A model generated the notes under the pieces. It ran no database searches. It was not told the origin of the DNA and was given only the letters and a program-made list of their open reading frames with translations. Below are positions 12,021 through 25,249 of a stretch of DNA of 64,000 bases, piece by piece. The stretch comes from Mobula hypostoma. Taxonomy: Eukaryota. Location of the stretch: assembly GCF_963921235.1 (NCBI RefSeq), contig NC_086109.1, positions 29,142,001 through 29,206,000 on the forward strand, given 5' to 3'. Every line of letters starts with the position of its first letter. Position 1 is the first letter of the stretch. The position numbers were made by a program, and so were the translations under genes.

Positions 12021-14705
12021 TTTGAGTCAGCCATCTTCCACCACCCATGGTGGAATTCAACCACACCATCTCCATGCTCTAGTGAGAATGGAAGAGAAAT
12101 CACTGCTTAAGTAATATCTCTTCTTCAATCAAAGAAACTTACAGAAATGAAAGTGCCGAGGTTCACCTTAGACATCCTGGTAAAGAAAGGCTATCTAATC
12201 TAATGACACCACACAGTTTCTGATGCATGACCTTGTAGGTAAGAAAATGTTTTTTGAAAAAATAGAATTTGCAGCTCTACCACTCTTTCAGGCTGTGATT
12301 TGTGGACCGTTACCTCCTTCATGATGGAAAACAAATTTTATACCAATTGTATTGAATCCATGCCCCTTCAACCTATCCTCTTGTTACTTAACCTGGAAAT
12401 AACCCTTGGTTGGAGATCCTTCTTGTACATTTTGAGTGGGTCTCTCAATTAAATCGTTCATTGACCTCCCAACAACTTTACTTCCAAAATTTGTGTTTCT
12501 AAAATGAGAAGTATCTGTGCAATAATCTTTCATTCTGTGATGGTGATTATCAGCAATGAACACTTATGTAATATTTACAAAAGATTCAAGAGGAATAGAT
12601 CTGAAGGGACTGAATCAATTACACTCATCTCTATTCAACATTAACTTTCTGTTGCCATTCATGCTGATTCTCCAGTTCTTATTGTTTTTGTTAACCTACT
12701 TTAATGTATTTATACCCTTAATTGGGCAAACTATTCCAAACAATTTCCTCAATTGTTTTAAGAGAAAAGATTGGTTGTTTATCAGTCTTTGTTTATATAT
12801 AGTTTTTCATAAATTCAATAATATTTCTTTATTTTCCTGTAAATGCCTGTAAGGAATTGAATCTCAGGGTAGTAAATGGTGACATACATGTTCTTTCACC
12901 TTGAATTCAGAAGGAGATAAGTTAGTGAGATCCAATAAATAGTGTAATCTGGATAACGTGTGAAATCTACCAGATCTGTACTCTGTCTTCTTTGATATTA
13001 CTCCAAAATAAGTCATAGTATTCAAAGAATGAAAATTCACCAATAGCAGAACTCATTAGCAAAACTAAAACATGAAGTAAAACAATGTTAGTGAATGAAA
13101 TGAGGTTAACCATGATTCAATGCAATTTGCAACACTAAAGGCTTGTCACTTACAAAATGGTCTCAACCCAACATAGCAACTGTCCATTTCCCTCCACAAT
13201 AACTGCCAGAAGATCCACTAACTTCCTCCAGTAGTTTGCCCTTTTGTTCCAGAGTCCAGCATCTGAAGTCGCTTGTATATTCTCCTCAAAGTTTTCAAGT
13301 GTCTTTCAATGCTTTGCCATGTTAAAGATTCTATATATTGTTCTTGGTCCACCCTTTGGAGCAAATCTGTTTCTGGGCCTTCTTTGCTGTAATCTAGAGT
13401 AAGAAAGATAATCCTCATTTCATCAAGTGTGACAAATAAATCCAAAGAATTTAAGACAAACCCATGTAATCAAAGATTAAGTAGTGAGCCACTGTTAAAT
13501 TGAGAATGAGTCAAACTGATGCTTGAATTACAATTTACCCACATGTACTCATTTAAAACCTAACTCTCATTCTGGCAACAAAGTTGTATTCTATGATTCA
13601 GCTGCTGGCATACAAGAACCAGACTCATTTGTGGAAACAGGGAGAATTACTGCATGAGTTCTCATCATCTAAGCTAAACTGGTAAAAGTGGAGAAGTGCA
13701 ATTCAAGGTTATAAGGCAAATTTCTAACTTTGTGCACCACCCAGTCACTGGAGAACATCAGATCTGATAAGACAGATTTGTTTTCATTTGATATTGAGCA
13801 GACTGGTTAAGACAGATCACTTCCACTGAATTTTGGAATGGAAACAGCTGCTTTCAAGAACACCGAATGTACAGCTGCAATGTAAAACAAATGAGCTGCT
13901 GTGTGAAAAACAAGAAGCTTGATTAAAAAAAAGACAAAAATCCACTTATAGATTGCACAGAAGAGGCCTTGTATAAGTGCAAAGCAATCTTAAGATAAAG
14001 GTGAAGGAAAAATTATTACAACAGCCTTAGAAAGAAAGATTATTTATTTTAGTAGTATGTGACATCAATTCAACAGACTTTGCATAGACTTGATAATAAG
14101 CCTGCTGCCATGCTTACAAGATGCAAGATGAGAGATTTTAGGTGAACAACAAAGCCCTCATTGAATTCTGGCTTGTTAACAGGATTACAGATAATTCAAG
14201 TGACCATCAAAGGATGCAATCTTTATAAACTGAAAACTACACAGCATATTCTCATTTCAAGTTCATTTTTATGACTTAAACTAAAATTTCCCAACTTTTC
14301 TTGAAGGTACAAAGGTTTTGTAAGGGTATGGTCATCTGACAACAATGAGCTTACCTATCATTTAGGTACGACATGGGTTGATAAGGCTTGGTCCTTGCAT
14401 GTGACAGCTTTTTTTATATTGTGTCCACACATGCATACTTCCAGAAGGTGTTCACAGCTCCAGATCAAGTATAAGAACCATGTACCTTCCTTAACCAGGC
14501 ACTGTGAACACTTTTACTACTACCTTCATCTCCCATGCATCAGCTCATATTTCGTCTGTTCAGATTTCAGATTTCTGGGCTCAATAAAAAAAATCCAGCA
14601 ATTTCACACAACTTTTTGTTTGTTGTTTCTGTTTGTATCACAAATGCTGAGCAATTATTCATCTGCAATGGAAATGGATGGAGTCGAATCAAGTGAGCTG
14701 CTTTC

Positions 14706-15285
14706 ATAGTCATAGTCATACTTTATTGATCCCGGGGGAAATCGGTTTTCGTTACAGTTGCACCATAAATAATAAATAGTAATAGAACCATAAATAGTTA
14801 AATAGTAGTATATAAATTATGCCAGTAAATTATGAAATAAATCCAGGACCAGCCTATTGGCTCAGGGTGTCTGACCCTCCAAGGGAGGAGTTGTAAAGTT
14901 TGATGGCCACAGGCAGGGAGGACTTCCTATGTCGCTTTGTGCTGCATCTCGGTGGAATGAGTCTCTGGCTGAATGTGCTCTTGTGCCCAACCAGTACATT
15001 ATGTAGTGGATGGGAGACATTGACCAAGATGGCATGCAACTTAGACAGCATCCTCTTTTCAGACACCACTGTGAGAGAGTCCAGCTCCATCCCTACAACA
15101 TCACTGGCCTTACGAATGAGTTTGTTGATTCTGTTAGTGTCTGCTACCCTCAGCCTGCTGCCCCAGCACACAACAGCAAACATGATAGCACTGGCCACCA
15201 CAGACTCGTAGAACATCCTCAGCATCGTCCAGCAGATGTTAAAGGACCTCAGTCTCCTCAGGAAATAGAGACGGCTCTGACCCTG
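14706..15285 (-). mobile_element. Rex1/Babar LINE 3' fragment, young
   Basis: GQSRLYFLRRLRSFNIC..MFYESVVAS. Tail AATAAAGTATGACTATGACTATGA. Same family as 48130-49155. Confidence 0.88.
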
Positions 15286-15289
15286 GATG

Positions 15290-17300
15290 GTGTTGAACGC
15301 CATGAGAATTGTTGGAGCTGCATTCATCTTGGCAAGTAGGAAGTATTCCATTACACTCCTGAACTGGTCCTTCTATGTAGCTGTGGGAAGGTTTTGGATT
15401 GTCAGGAACCTCTCACTGCAAGATACCCAGCTGCTGACCTGCCTTTGTAGCTGTGGGACTTATGAGCTTCTAGTCAATGGTAATCACAAAAATATTAATA
15501 GGGAGGGAGTCAGCAATAATAATGACTTTGAATGTCAAGGCTAGGAGTTATGCCCGCTCTTGTTGGAGATGACCAATGTCCGACAGTTCTGTGGAACAAG
15601 TGTTACTTGCTCATTATGTTACGTAAGCCTTGCTACTCACAAGCATTATTCCATTTGATGAGGAACTATGACCTGAATTATACATTGTACAATCATTACT
15701 GAACATCCCTACCTCTGACCACATAATTTTATGAATGTAATTGATGAAGCACGTGAATGTGTTTGGTTGGATCTGGGATATTATCTTGAGGGACACCTAC
15801 AGTGATGTCCTGGTGTTGGGATGGTTGATTCCCATCAATCCCAATCAACTTCCTTTGTGTAAGATATTTCTTGATGCCACACTTGTAAAAACATGATGAT
15901 TTGATATCAAGAGCAGTCACTTTCTCCTCACTTTTAGATTTAATTCTTTGACCTACATTTAGATCAAGGCAATGGTGCTGAGGGGTCCCAGCAACTTTCA
16001 ATTTAAATATCAGTGTGAAGCTTATTAGTGAAACTGCCACTTGCCATCCTTCACTCTGCTGATAATTCAGAGTGATACTTACCCGGGTTTGATTTGTCCT
16101 GCTATTTCTGAACAGACATGCCTGGCCAATTTTCAATATTGTTGATGGTTATCAATGTCATAATTACTGGAATATTCTGTCAAGAGAAAAGGCTTCTTCT
16201 GGACTGTAAGTCTACTGTACTACATCCAGGACACGGGCTGGTCCAACAGATTCTATCCAGTGCTCTCCACCCACCATTCCTTGATATCACGTGGAGTGAA
16301 TCAAATTAGTTGAAGCCATGCTTCTATGACAATGTGTATCTCAGGGGGAAGGCAATGTAGATTATTGAATCAGCATCTCTGATAGAACATGATTGTCAAT
16401 GCTTTAACCTCATCTTTACACTCTGGACCTCACTATTGTTGGGTTCCTAGAGTTTTCTCCTGCTGTTAGCTTTTCAGTCCACCACCATTCATGACTTGAT
16501 GTGGTAGATTGCAGAGATTTGACCTGATCTGTTGGTTGAAAAAGTGCTGAACTCTGCCAGACCTTTTTTTCTGGTTAGCACACATGTAAGCTGGTACCTC
16601 ATCACGATCGGTAGACCTGCCTACCTACAGACTCCATTCCACCGGCATGACAGCAATGTTAGAATGGAGCATCTGCTGAACCATGGTATTACAGATGTGG
16701 TGGCGCACATCTCTGTTACTGCTGATCCTCCACAGCCTCTCTTGGATTCCCAGTTTTGAACTGACGGATCTGTCCCACTTATCCTATTCCTCATAATTGT
16801 AATGAAACACGTTGTTGTCACACACGGGTGCATCAAACACAAGTAGACTGCTGAGGTCAAGCAGTTTATCCCTTGTGTTAGATTGCTCATGACTTGCTGC
16901 AGACCCTGTCTGGCAAGTTTGCTTTCAGACGTCGGCAAGTAATGCAGTAAGCCCCACCATTGAAGTTTCCATCCAATGTATATTCTGTGCTCCTTATTTC
17001 TTTCAGTAGTCTGCGCTCATTTTTTACCAAAAGGGAGGCATGATGATTCATCAGTTGAAAGTGGACAATAAGCAGTGATCAGAAGGTATCTATAGCCACA
17101 TTTGACATGATCCCATTAGATTTCATGAAGGCTGAAATCAATATTCAGGACTTCTGCTTGCATACAACTGTGCCACGTCCCCTAATGGGCCTCTTTGCTA
17201 ATTGGAGAGGACATATCCAAAGATTTGTGATGGAGGAGACTGGTACATTGTCTATAAGTTATCAGTCTGTGAATATTTGATTAAGAGAGATATCGCAGTT
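15290..17300 (-). mobile_element. Old CR1/L2-group LINE
   Basis: Frameshifted VTALDIK, DITVGVPQD, FTCFINY..SEVGMFSNDCTM (FADD region). Confidence 0.7.
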
Positions 17301-17499
17301 ATCTACAAGCAGAGACATTGCAAAGTTATCTGAATTTAGCCTATCCCAATTTGTGGCCAGATGGCCCATTCACTTTAATCCATTCCCATTTTTAACACAA
17401 CAACAATGAGTAGCTACTTAAACAAAGAGCTTTTAAAAATCACAAGTTGGCAAAGACAACATTAATGAACAGGAAGAATATTTTGACAATCCAGTGGTC

Positions 17500-18360
17500 T
17501 TGCATTTAGATGGTGGAGTTAAAAAGCTGTCAGAGGTTGCCTCTTCAAGTTTGTCTGCAAAAACAGCTTAAATTCCTCTCTTTAATGTCTCTTTTATCTT
17601 CCTTTTCAAGGTGGCTGGGGTTCCATCGAGGTCCTGATCTGTAACAGCAAACAAGTTGCATTTTTTTCACAGCAATGAATTCCCGTTCTTGGAGCATTCC
17701 TACTAACCGACCATTTTCCGACATCCTCCAGGCTCAGCATGGAAGAAACCTGAGTGTAGCCTGTGTGGCCCGGTGCATGACTAATTCCAGGCTGGTGCCA
17801 CTGACTGAGGCATCGCAGAAAAAGAAGGAACATTAGGACTTCCCAGCAGTGGATGCTGCGGACAGAGGTCTCTGTTGTCGAGTGACTGCTCTCTAACTCT
17901 CTTTCTCTTGACAATAGGGAGAATTTGCTGCCGATCCTCAAGTCGGAGAATCTCAGAATGAAAAGCAGACTGTAACACCATAACAACAACTGTTAGTCTC
18001 CCCTTTCACTGTGAAATGGGTGATACCTCTCTGTCCCTTGTTAGTGATAGAGAGAGCCTGTGGCATGTTGAACTGTCTGGTAAACATGGATTTTGTCGAC
18101 TGCAGATCCTGATCTACCTTTGGGGCTTTGCTGTTACTTGGGTGCTGACACTTTCTGTTGAAATGGGTGGTGGGGGGGAAGATTGATGCTTTGCTGCTGC
18201 TTGTGTGTGGGGGAGAGAGGGGACTTTGGGGTTCTAATGTCTTTCTGTCGTTTATTCTTTAGCAGTTCTTTTTCATGGATGTCTGTGAAGAGCAGGAATT
18301 TCAGGTTGCATACTGTATACATTCTCTGATAATAAATGGAATCATTTGAAACCATTTGCA
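17500..18360 (+). mobile_element. Non-coding retroposon with Rex1-like tail
   Basis: 5' part resembles the reverse complement of 1-120. The 3' tail GAATTTCAGGTTGCATACTG..TGATAATAAA resembles the reverse complements near 62760-62840 and 3995-4060. Confidence 0.5.
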
Positions 18361-20014
18361 ACTACTCCTAAGTTTAACTTTAAAGAAAAATCATTTATTT
18401 AAATTCAGTTTGTATTCCACAGCTCCTATGGTGGGACAAAAGCAGACATCTCTAGCCTGTTGGCTCGTGCCTCTGGATGGACTACTCTTCAGAGGTCTGG
18501 ACCTTTGATCTGAAAAATAACGTTGAAAGCCTGAGTTTAAAATTAAATACAGTTTGATCTCAAAGGATTCAGATTCAGATTCATTTATCACTTGCACATC
18601 GAAACATACAGTAAAATGTGCCATTTGCATTCACAACCAACGCAACCTAAGCAACATTATTAATGGTCAAACTACCAGATGGTTGGTGAATGATTTATCT
18701 GGCTTACAAACATCCTACAGGAAAGCAAATGTACCAACCTTACCCACAGTAATGCTGTTGACTCTTAAACTTCTCTCTGCAATGAGCAATACATGCTGAT
18801 CTAACCAGAGATGCCACATCCTATTAATGAATATATTCTTTGTCCTAACTTGCACTACGTCCTACCTACCCAAACTTCCTTTACTTGGGAAACTACATTG
18901 GGCTTTAACTCTACAGACATGTAGATACTTTTTAAATTCATGCACTTGGATGCAGAATGTCAGCTTTCCAAATCTCTACAACAGCTCGCTAATTCAGCAG
19001 GAACTGTATTCCATCAGCGGTGGTCTATTGAGGGTTCCCTCACTCTGATTGGTCAACTAGTGCTGACTGCACTAAAATCTGCAAATCTCAGCTGAATACT
19101 TCACCACATCTTTCAAACGTTTCCCCAAACTGTTAATCATTCCTCCTAACATATCCTTCTTTGCTCTGCTAGCCATATTTTATTATATTATACAGTTATG
19201 AATTTATTATGTTCTGCCAGACCACATCTCAGTATTCACAACCTATCAGGGAGGATGTGAAGATATGGGTCAGGAGGAGATTTATCAAAACAGTTGCAAG
19301 AGTAAGAGATTTTAGCTATGAGCTTAAGATGGAGAAGCATGGATTTTCAAACCATAAGACATAAAAATTAAGCCACTCAGCCCATCAAGTCTGCTCCACC
19401 ACTTGATCATGGCTGGTTTATTTCCCCTCTCAAACCCGTTATCCTTCCTTCTCCACATAACCTTTGATATCTTCGCTAATCAAGAACCTATAAACCTCAG
19501 TTTAAGTAAACCCAATGGCCTGCACAGCTGCTGACAGCAGATTCACTACCCTATGGCTCGAGAAATTCATGCTTATCTCTATTCTAAAAGGACGTTCTTC
19601 TATTCTGAGGCTGTGCCCTCTGGTCCTAGATTCTTCCGCTACTGGAAAGATCCTCCCCATGCCCACTGTATCTAGGTCTTTCAATAATCAGTAGGTTTCA
19701 GTGCGATCCCTACTCATTCTTCTAAACTCTAGTGAATACGGGAAAAGAGCCATCAAACATTCCACATACTTTCATTCCCAGCATAATTCTCATGAAACTT
19801 CTCTCCACCCTCTCCAATGCCAGCACATCCTCTCTACTCCAAATACATAATATGCCAAACGTATAGCGACCAGTGCCTAAAAAGCTTCGGTATTACATCC
19901 TTCCTTTTATATTCTGGCCCTTGAAATGAACGATAACATTGTATTGCCTTCTTTACTACCAACTCAACCTGCAAGTTAACCTTTAGGGAATCCTGCACAA
20001 AGACTCCTGTCCCT

Positions 20015-21934
20015 TTGCACGCAAACAACAGGAACATCAACCGTCTCGACTTCACCGCAACTTGTCCCCATTCCAACCTCACTCCTTCCGAACGCTCTGC
20101 TCTCCACTCCCTCCGCACTAATCCTAACCTTATTATTAAACCCGCCGACAAGGGGGGTGCTGTTGTAGTCTGGCGTACTGACCTCTACCTTGCCGAGGCA
20201 CAGCGACAACTCGCGGATACCTCCTCTTATTTACCCCTCGATCGTGACCCCACTAAGGAGCACCAGGTCATTGTCTCCCACACCATCACCGACTTTATCT
20301 GCTCAGGGGATCTCCCATCCACTGCTACCAACCTTATAGTTCCCACACCCCGCACTTCCCGTTTCTACCTCCTACCCAAGATCCACAAACCTGCCTGTCC
20401 TGGCCGACCTATTGTCTCAGCTTGCTCCTGCCCCACCGAACTCGTTTCTGCATACCTTGACACGGTTTTATCCCCCCTTGTTCAATCCCTTCCGACCTAT
20501 GTTCGTGACACTTCTCACGCTCTTAAACTTTTCGATGATTTTAAGTTCCCTGGCCCCCACCGCTTTATTTTCACCATGGATGTCCAGTCCTTATATACTT
20601 CCATTCCCCATCAGGAAGGTCTCAAAGCTCTACGCTTCTTTTTGGATTCCAGACCTAATCAGTTCCCCTCTACCACCACTCTGCTCTGTCTAGCGGAATT
20701 AGTCCTTACTCTTAATAATTTCTCCTTTGGCTCCTCCCACTTCCTCCAAACTAAGGGTGTAGCTATGGGCACCCGTATGGGTCCTAGCTATGCCTGCCTT
20801 TTTGTTGGGTTTGTGGAACAATCTATGTTCCGTGCCTATTCTGGTATCTGTCCCCCACTTTTCCTTCGCTACATCGACGACTGCATTGGCGCTGCTTCCT
20901 GCACGCATGCAGATCTCGTTGATTTTATTAACTTTGCCTTCAACTTTCACCCTGCCCTCAAGTTTACCTGGTCCATTTCCGACACCTCCCTTCCCTTTCT
21001 AGATCTTTCTGTCTCTGTCTCTGGAGACAGCTTATCCACTGATGTCTACTATAAGCCTACTGACTCTCACAGCTATCTGGACTATTCCTCTTCTCACCCT
21101 GTCTCTTGCAAAAACGCCATCCCCTTCTTGCAATTCCTCCGTCTCCGCCGCATCTGCTCTCAGGATGAGGCTTTTCATTCTAGGACGAGGGAGATGTCTC
21201 CCTTTTTTAAAGAAAGGGGCTTCCCTTCCTCCACTATCAACTCTGCTCTTAAACGCATCTCCCCCATTTCACGTACATCTGCTCTCACTCCATCCTCCCG
21301 CCACCCCACTAGGAATAGGGTTCCCCTGGTCCTCACCTACCACCCCACCAGCCTCCGGGTCCAACATATTATTCTCCGTAACTTCCGCCACTTCCAACGG
21401 GATTCCACCACTAAGCACATCTTTCCCTCCCCCCCCTCTGCATTCCGCAGGGATCGCTCCCTACACAACTCCCTTGTCCATTCGTCCCCCCCATCCCTCC
21501 CCACTGATCTCCCTCCTGGCACTTATCCGTGTAAGCGGAACAAGTGCTACACATGCCCTTACACTTCCTCCCTTACCACCATTCAGGGCCCCAGACAGTC
21601 CTTCCAGGTGAGGCAACACTTCACCTGTGAGTCGACTGGGGTGATATACTGCGTCCGGTGCTCCCGATGTGGCCTTTTATATATTGGCGAGACCCGACGC
21701 AGACTGGGAGACCGCTTTGCTGAACATCTACGCTCTGTCCGCCAGAGAAAGCAGGATCTCCCAGTGGCCACACATTTTAATTCCACATCCCATTCCCATT
21801 CTGACATGTCTATCCACAGCCTCCTCTACTGTAAAGATGAAGCCACACTCAGGTTGGAGGAACAACACCTTATATTCCGTCTGGGTAGCCTCCAACCTGA
21901 TGGCATGAACATCGACTTCTCTAACTTCCGCTAG
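20015..21934 (+). CDS. PLE reverse transcriptase + GIY-YIG endonuclease (N-terminally truncated; the TTG 'start' lies in the TSD)
   Basis: 639 uninterrupted codons. PLE RT motifs IKPADKG, PKIHK..GRPIVS, TMDVQSLYTSI, QTKGVAMG, LRYIDD, FLDL. Cys-rich linker CKRNKCYTC (Neptune-like). Endonuclease VIYCVRCSRC..YIGET..RFAEH..VATHF..GMN. Confidence 0.93.
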   Translation: MHANNRNINRLDFTATCPHSNLTPSERSALHSLRTNPNLIIKPADKGGAVVVWRTDLYLAEAQRQLADTSSYLPLDRDPTKEHQVIVSHTITDFICSGDLPSTATNLIVPTPRTSRFYLLPKIHKPACPGRPIVSACSCPTELVSAYLDTVLSPLVQSLPTYVRDTSHALKLFDDFKFPGPHRFIFTMDVQSLYTSIPHQEGLKALRFFLDSRPNQFPSTTTLLCLAELVLTLNNFSFGSSHFLQTKGVAMGTRMGPSYACLFVGFVEQSMFRAYSGICPPLFLRYIDDCIGAASCTHADLVDFINFAFNFHPALKFTWSISDTSLPFLDLSVSVSGDSLSTDVYYKPTDSHSYLDYSSSHPVSCKNAIPFLQFLRLRRICSQDEAFHSRTREMSPFFKERGFPSSTINSALKRISPISRTSALTPSSRHPTRNRVPLVLTYHPTSLRVQHIILRNFRHFQRDSTTKHIFPSPPSAFRRDRSLHNSLVHSSPPSLPTDLPPGTYPCKRNKCYTCPYTSSLTTIQGPRQSFQVRQHFTCESTGVIYCVRCSRCGLLYIGETRRRLGDRFAEHLRSVRQRKQDLPVATHFNSTSHSHSDMSIHSLLYCKDEATLRLEEQHLIFRLGSLQPDGMNIDFSNFR

Positions 21935-22324
21935 GCCCCACCTCCCCCTCGTACCCCATCTGTTACTTATTTTTATGCACACATTCTTTCTCTCACTCTC
22001 CTTTTTCTCCGTCTGTCCCTCTGAATATACCTCTTGCCCATCCTCTGGGTCCCCCCCCCTTGTCTTTCTTCCCGGACCTCCTGTCCCCTGATCTTCTCGT
22101 ATCCCCTTTTGCCAATCACCTGTCCAGCTCTTGGCTCCATCCCTCCCCCTCCTGTCTTCTCCTATCATTTTGGATCTCCCCCTCCCCCTCCAACTTTCAA
22201 ATCCCTTGCTCACTCTTCCTTCAGTTAGTCCTGACGAAGGGTCTTGGCCTGAAACGTCGACTGTACCTCTTCCTAGAGATGCTGCCTGGCCTGCTGCGTT
22301 CACCAGCAACTTTGATGTGTGTTG
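20021..22324 (+). mobile_element. Penelope-like retroelement (Neptune-type), 5'-truncated, young insertion inside a CR1 fragment
   Basis: 14-bp target-site duplication CTGTCCCTTTGCAC at 20007-20020 and 22325-22338. Encodes RT + GIY-YIG. Pyrimidine-rich 3' UTR contains a hammerhead motif. The CR1 sequence on either side is continuous. Confidence 0.95.
22227..22262 (+). ncRNA. Minimal type I hammerhead ribozyme motif in PLE 3' end
   Basis: AGTC-CTGACGA-AGG(gtcttgg)CCT-GAAAC-GTC|GACT. Stem I AGTC/GACT, core CUGANGA, stem II AGG/CCT, GAAA, loopless palindromic ACGT stem III. Predicted cleavage after C22258. Confidence 0.8.
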
Positions 22325-22489
22325 CTGTCCCTTTGCACCTCTGATTTCTGAATTTGTTCCATATTTAGAGAAATGTCTATGCCTTTATTGCTTCTACCGA
22401 ACTGCATGACCAGACACTTCCCTACACTGTATTTCATCTGCACATATTTGCCCATTCTCCTAATCTGTCTAAGTCCTTCTGCAGACTCC

Positions 22490-24130
22490 ATAATTCTATC
22501 ACATTATGATCATTGTCTGCTAAGGATTCCTTTACCTTACACTCCCTAATCAAATCTGGTTCGTTACACAACATCCAATCCAGAATTGCGTTCTCCCTTG
22601 TGGACATGGTCACAAGCTTTTCTGAAAAGCCAACTCCTAAACGGCATTCTACAAATTTCATCTCTTGGAATCCTGCAGCAACCTGATTTTTGCAATCTAT
22701 ATGCATATTAAAATTAATCCTGGCAATCAAAATATTGCCCTCCTCATATGCATTTTCTATAGCTCATTGTAATTGTACCCAACATCCTGGCTGTTGTTCA
22801 GAGGCCTTTATATAACTCTCATCATGCTCTTTTTACCCATGCAGTTCTTTAACTCTACTTGCCAACTCACTCCCTCTGTCCACCTGCCTGTCCTTTAAAT
22901 ATGATGTATACCTTGGATGATATGCTCCCAGCTGTGTTCTTTTCTCAGCTATAACTCACTGATGCCCACAATGTCACACCCACCAATTTCTAACTGCACT
23001 ACAAGATCATCTACCTCATTAAGTATACTGTGTGCATTCAAATATGACACCTTCAGTCCTATATTCACCACACCTTTTCAATTTTTTCCACATTATCTGA
23101 AGTTAAATTCTTAACTTTTTCTAAAGATTTTTAAAGTTATTCTACAAATTTCCATAACCTCACCTTCCCAAACTATGGAACACGCCCAATTTCTATCCAT
23201 TTTAAAGCCCTACCCACAGTCATAGTTATGCAATTCACCAGACTCTGGTCCCAGCATGGTTCAATTGCAGATCTCTTCAAATAAAGCTGGTGCCAATTTC
23301 CATTGAATTCAAGCCCACTTCTCCCACACAAATCTATGAGCCAATTTTTCTCCTTGGAATGTGGGTAGATTTGATAGACATGGTTTTAACACAACACCAG
23401 AAAACATGAACAGAATATATGATCAATACTGATCTTTGCTGCCCTCAAGCTTTCATTCGTGCTGTTCCTTCATATCCCTCTTTCCCAAAGACTTCCCTTG
23501 TAAATCACCTTTAACTTTTGCTCTTCTTAGAACAATGTCCTCTAGCATTTGACATTCTTATCCTTCTGATCCCATCTGCTCCTCTCATGATCTTATTAAC
23601 TTTGATCCAGTAACACCTCGGCGTTGAAAGCTCCTGAAGAAACAATTCAAAATTTTCCATCCACTCATTCTTTAGTCCAGGCGATGTCCTGCTGAACCTC
23701 TTCAGCACTCTCTCTGGAGCCTCCATATCTTTCATGTAATGCAGCAACCAGAACTGTCCACAGTACGACACATGTGCCAGACCAAAGTTTTGTACAACTG
23801 CAACATGACTTTGTGACTTTTGTATTCAATAATACTCAATATTATCACAAGAGACAGTAATTGTGCCAAATGCCCTCTTTCACCCATTCTATTTGTGTTC
23901 TTAGTTCCAGGGAGCTATAGACTTGCACTCCAGGATCTATCGGTCCATAAGTGCTCCTAAGGGTCCTGTTGTTTCTTCTTATGTTTGACCTTACAAACTG
24001 TAACTTCGCACAGTTGTCCGAATCATATTCCACCTATTATTTTCCAACTGATCCATATCCTGATGAATAGATTGAAAAAATCTTCTTTCATAACTCCACC
24101 AATTTTCGTGTCATCAATCCACCTTCATTT
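22490..24130 (-). mobile_element. Additional decayed CR1 fragments
   Basis: TRENAILDWMLCNEPDLIRE..L.DNDHNVIE (endonuclease), YCGQFW..Y.KD..A.ERV.KRF.R. Confidence 0.7.
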
Positions 24131-24229
24131 TCAATTAAATAATTTATGTATAATTACAAACAGAAGTAATAGCACTAAACATCAAACTGCTTGCTGTGAG
24201 TTTGCATCTGTATTATCCACTGTGCAAGT

Positions 24230-25140
24230 TCAGCCACACTGTGTTGCTTGTTGTTTACATTCTGCCTTCCCAATGCTGCGTATGATGTCATGCACTCTAC
24301 CATCGTGAGACTCCAGACTCAAAACCCCAATGCGTTCATAGCAGTATCGGGAGACTTCAACCATGTTTCTCTCTCAACAACCCTACCCATCTTCAATCAG
24401 TTTGTAAAATGTCATAGAAAAGAAAATAAAACACTGGACTTGTATGCAAAATGATAAAGGTGCATACAGCTCCACAGCTCTCTCCCCACCTGGAAGATTA
24501 AATCACAACCTGGTTCACCTCATACCCTTGCATGAGCCCAAAGTACAGCAACAGCTAGCTACCACCAAGATAGTAAAGAAATGGTCTCCAGAGGCCATCA
24601 AGCCCTTGAAGGGCTGCTTTGACGTTACTGACTGGAATGTGCTTTGTGAAACATATGGGGAGGACATTAACAGACTTACTGATTGCATCACTGGCTACAT
24701 CAACTTCTGTGTGGACACTGTATGTTTGCTGCTTCTCTAACAACAAACCATGGGTCACCAGTGACCTAAAGGCTCTTCTCAACCACAGAAAGAGAGTCTT
24801 CAGGTCAAGAGACAGGAAGGAATTGAAACATGCAGAGAGGGCTAAAGGAGAAGATCAAGGTGGCTAAAGAGGAATACAGGAGAGAGATGGAGAACATGCT
24901 TGAACAGAGTAGCACACGGGAGGTGTGGAGAGTCATGAAGAACATCACTGGCTTCAATCAGCCTAGCTGTAGAGTCTTGGAATGCAGCTGTGAATGGTCT
25001 AAAAAGTTAAACCAATTCTTCAATAGGTTTTACAATTGCCCTGCTGTTCACACCCCCCTCAGCACACCAACCCAGGTGCCAAGGCACCCAACGCTCCCTC
25101 AGCACCAACACCTCCCCTCCTCCCTCCTCCCCCTCCAGTT
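24230..25140 (+). mobile_element. Rex1/Babar endonuclease-region fragment
   Basis: SGDFNH, FNQFVKC..NKTLDL, CF..TDW, YINFCVD, NNKPWVT. Confidence 0.8.
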
Positions 25141-25249
25141 GAACACATGGATGAACAACACAGGCTACTTGTCACTTGCTCAAAAAACTCTGTACATAAC
25201 TTCCCTTGTACAAATCCTTGCTGTCTATCCCTAATAAGTCTATGTTTTT

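Larger units (their letters stand above)
19350..22490 (-). mobile_element. CR1 LINE fragment hosting the PLE (19350-20020 + 22325-22490)
   Basis: RTRGHSLRI..F..E..NFSSHRVVNL, LQKDLDRLGEWA. CATAAGA tail remnants. Confidence 0.85.

Noticed and set aside
21042..22409. ORFs overlapping the PLE (189 aa, 193 aa, etc.)
   Set aside because: Alternative-frame or antisense shadows of the PLE ORF and UTR. The same peptides recur at every PLE 3' copy.
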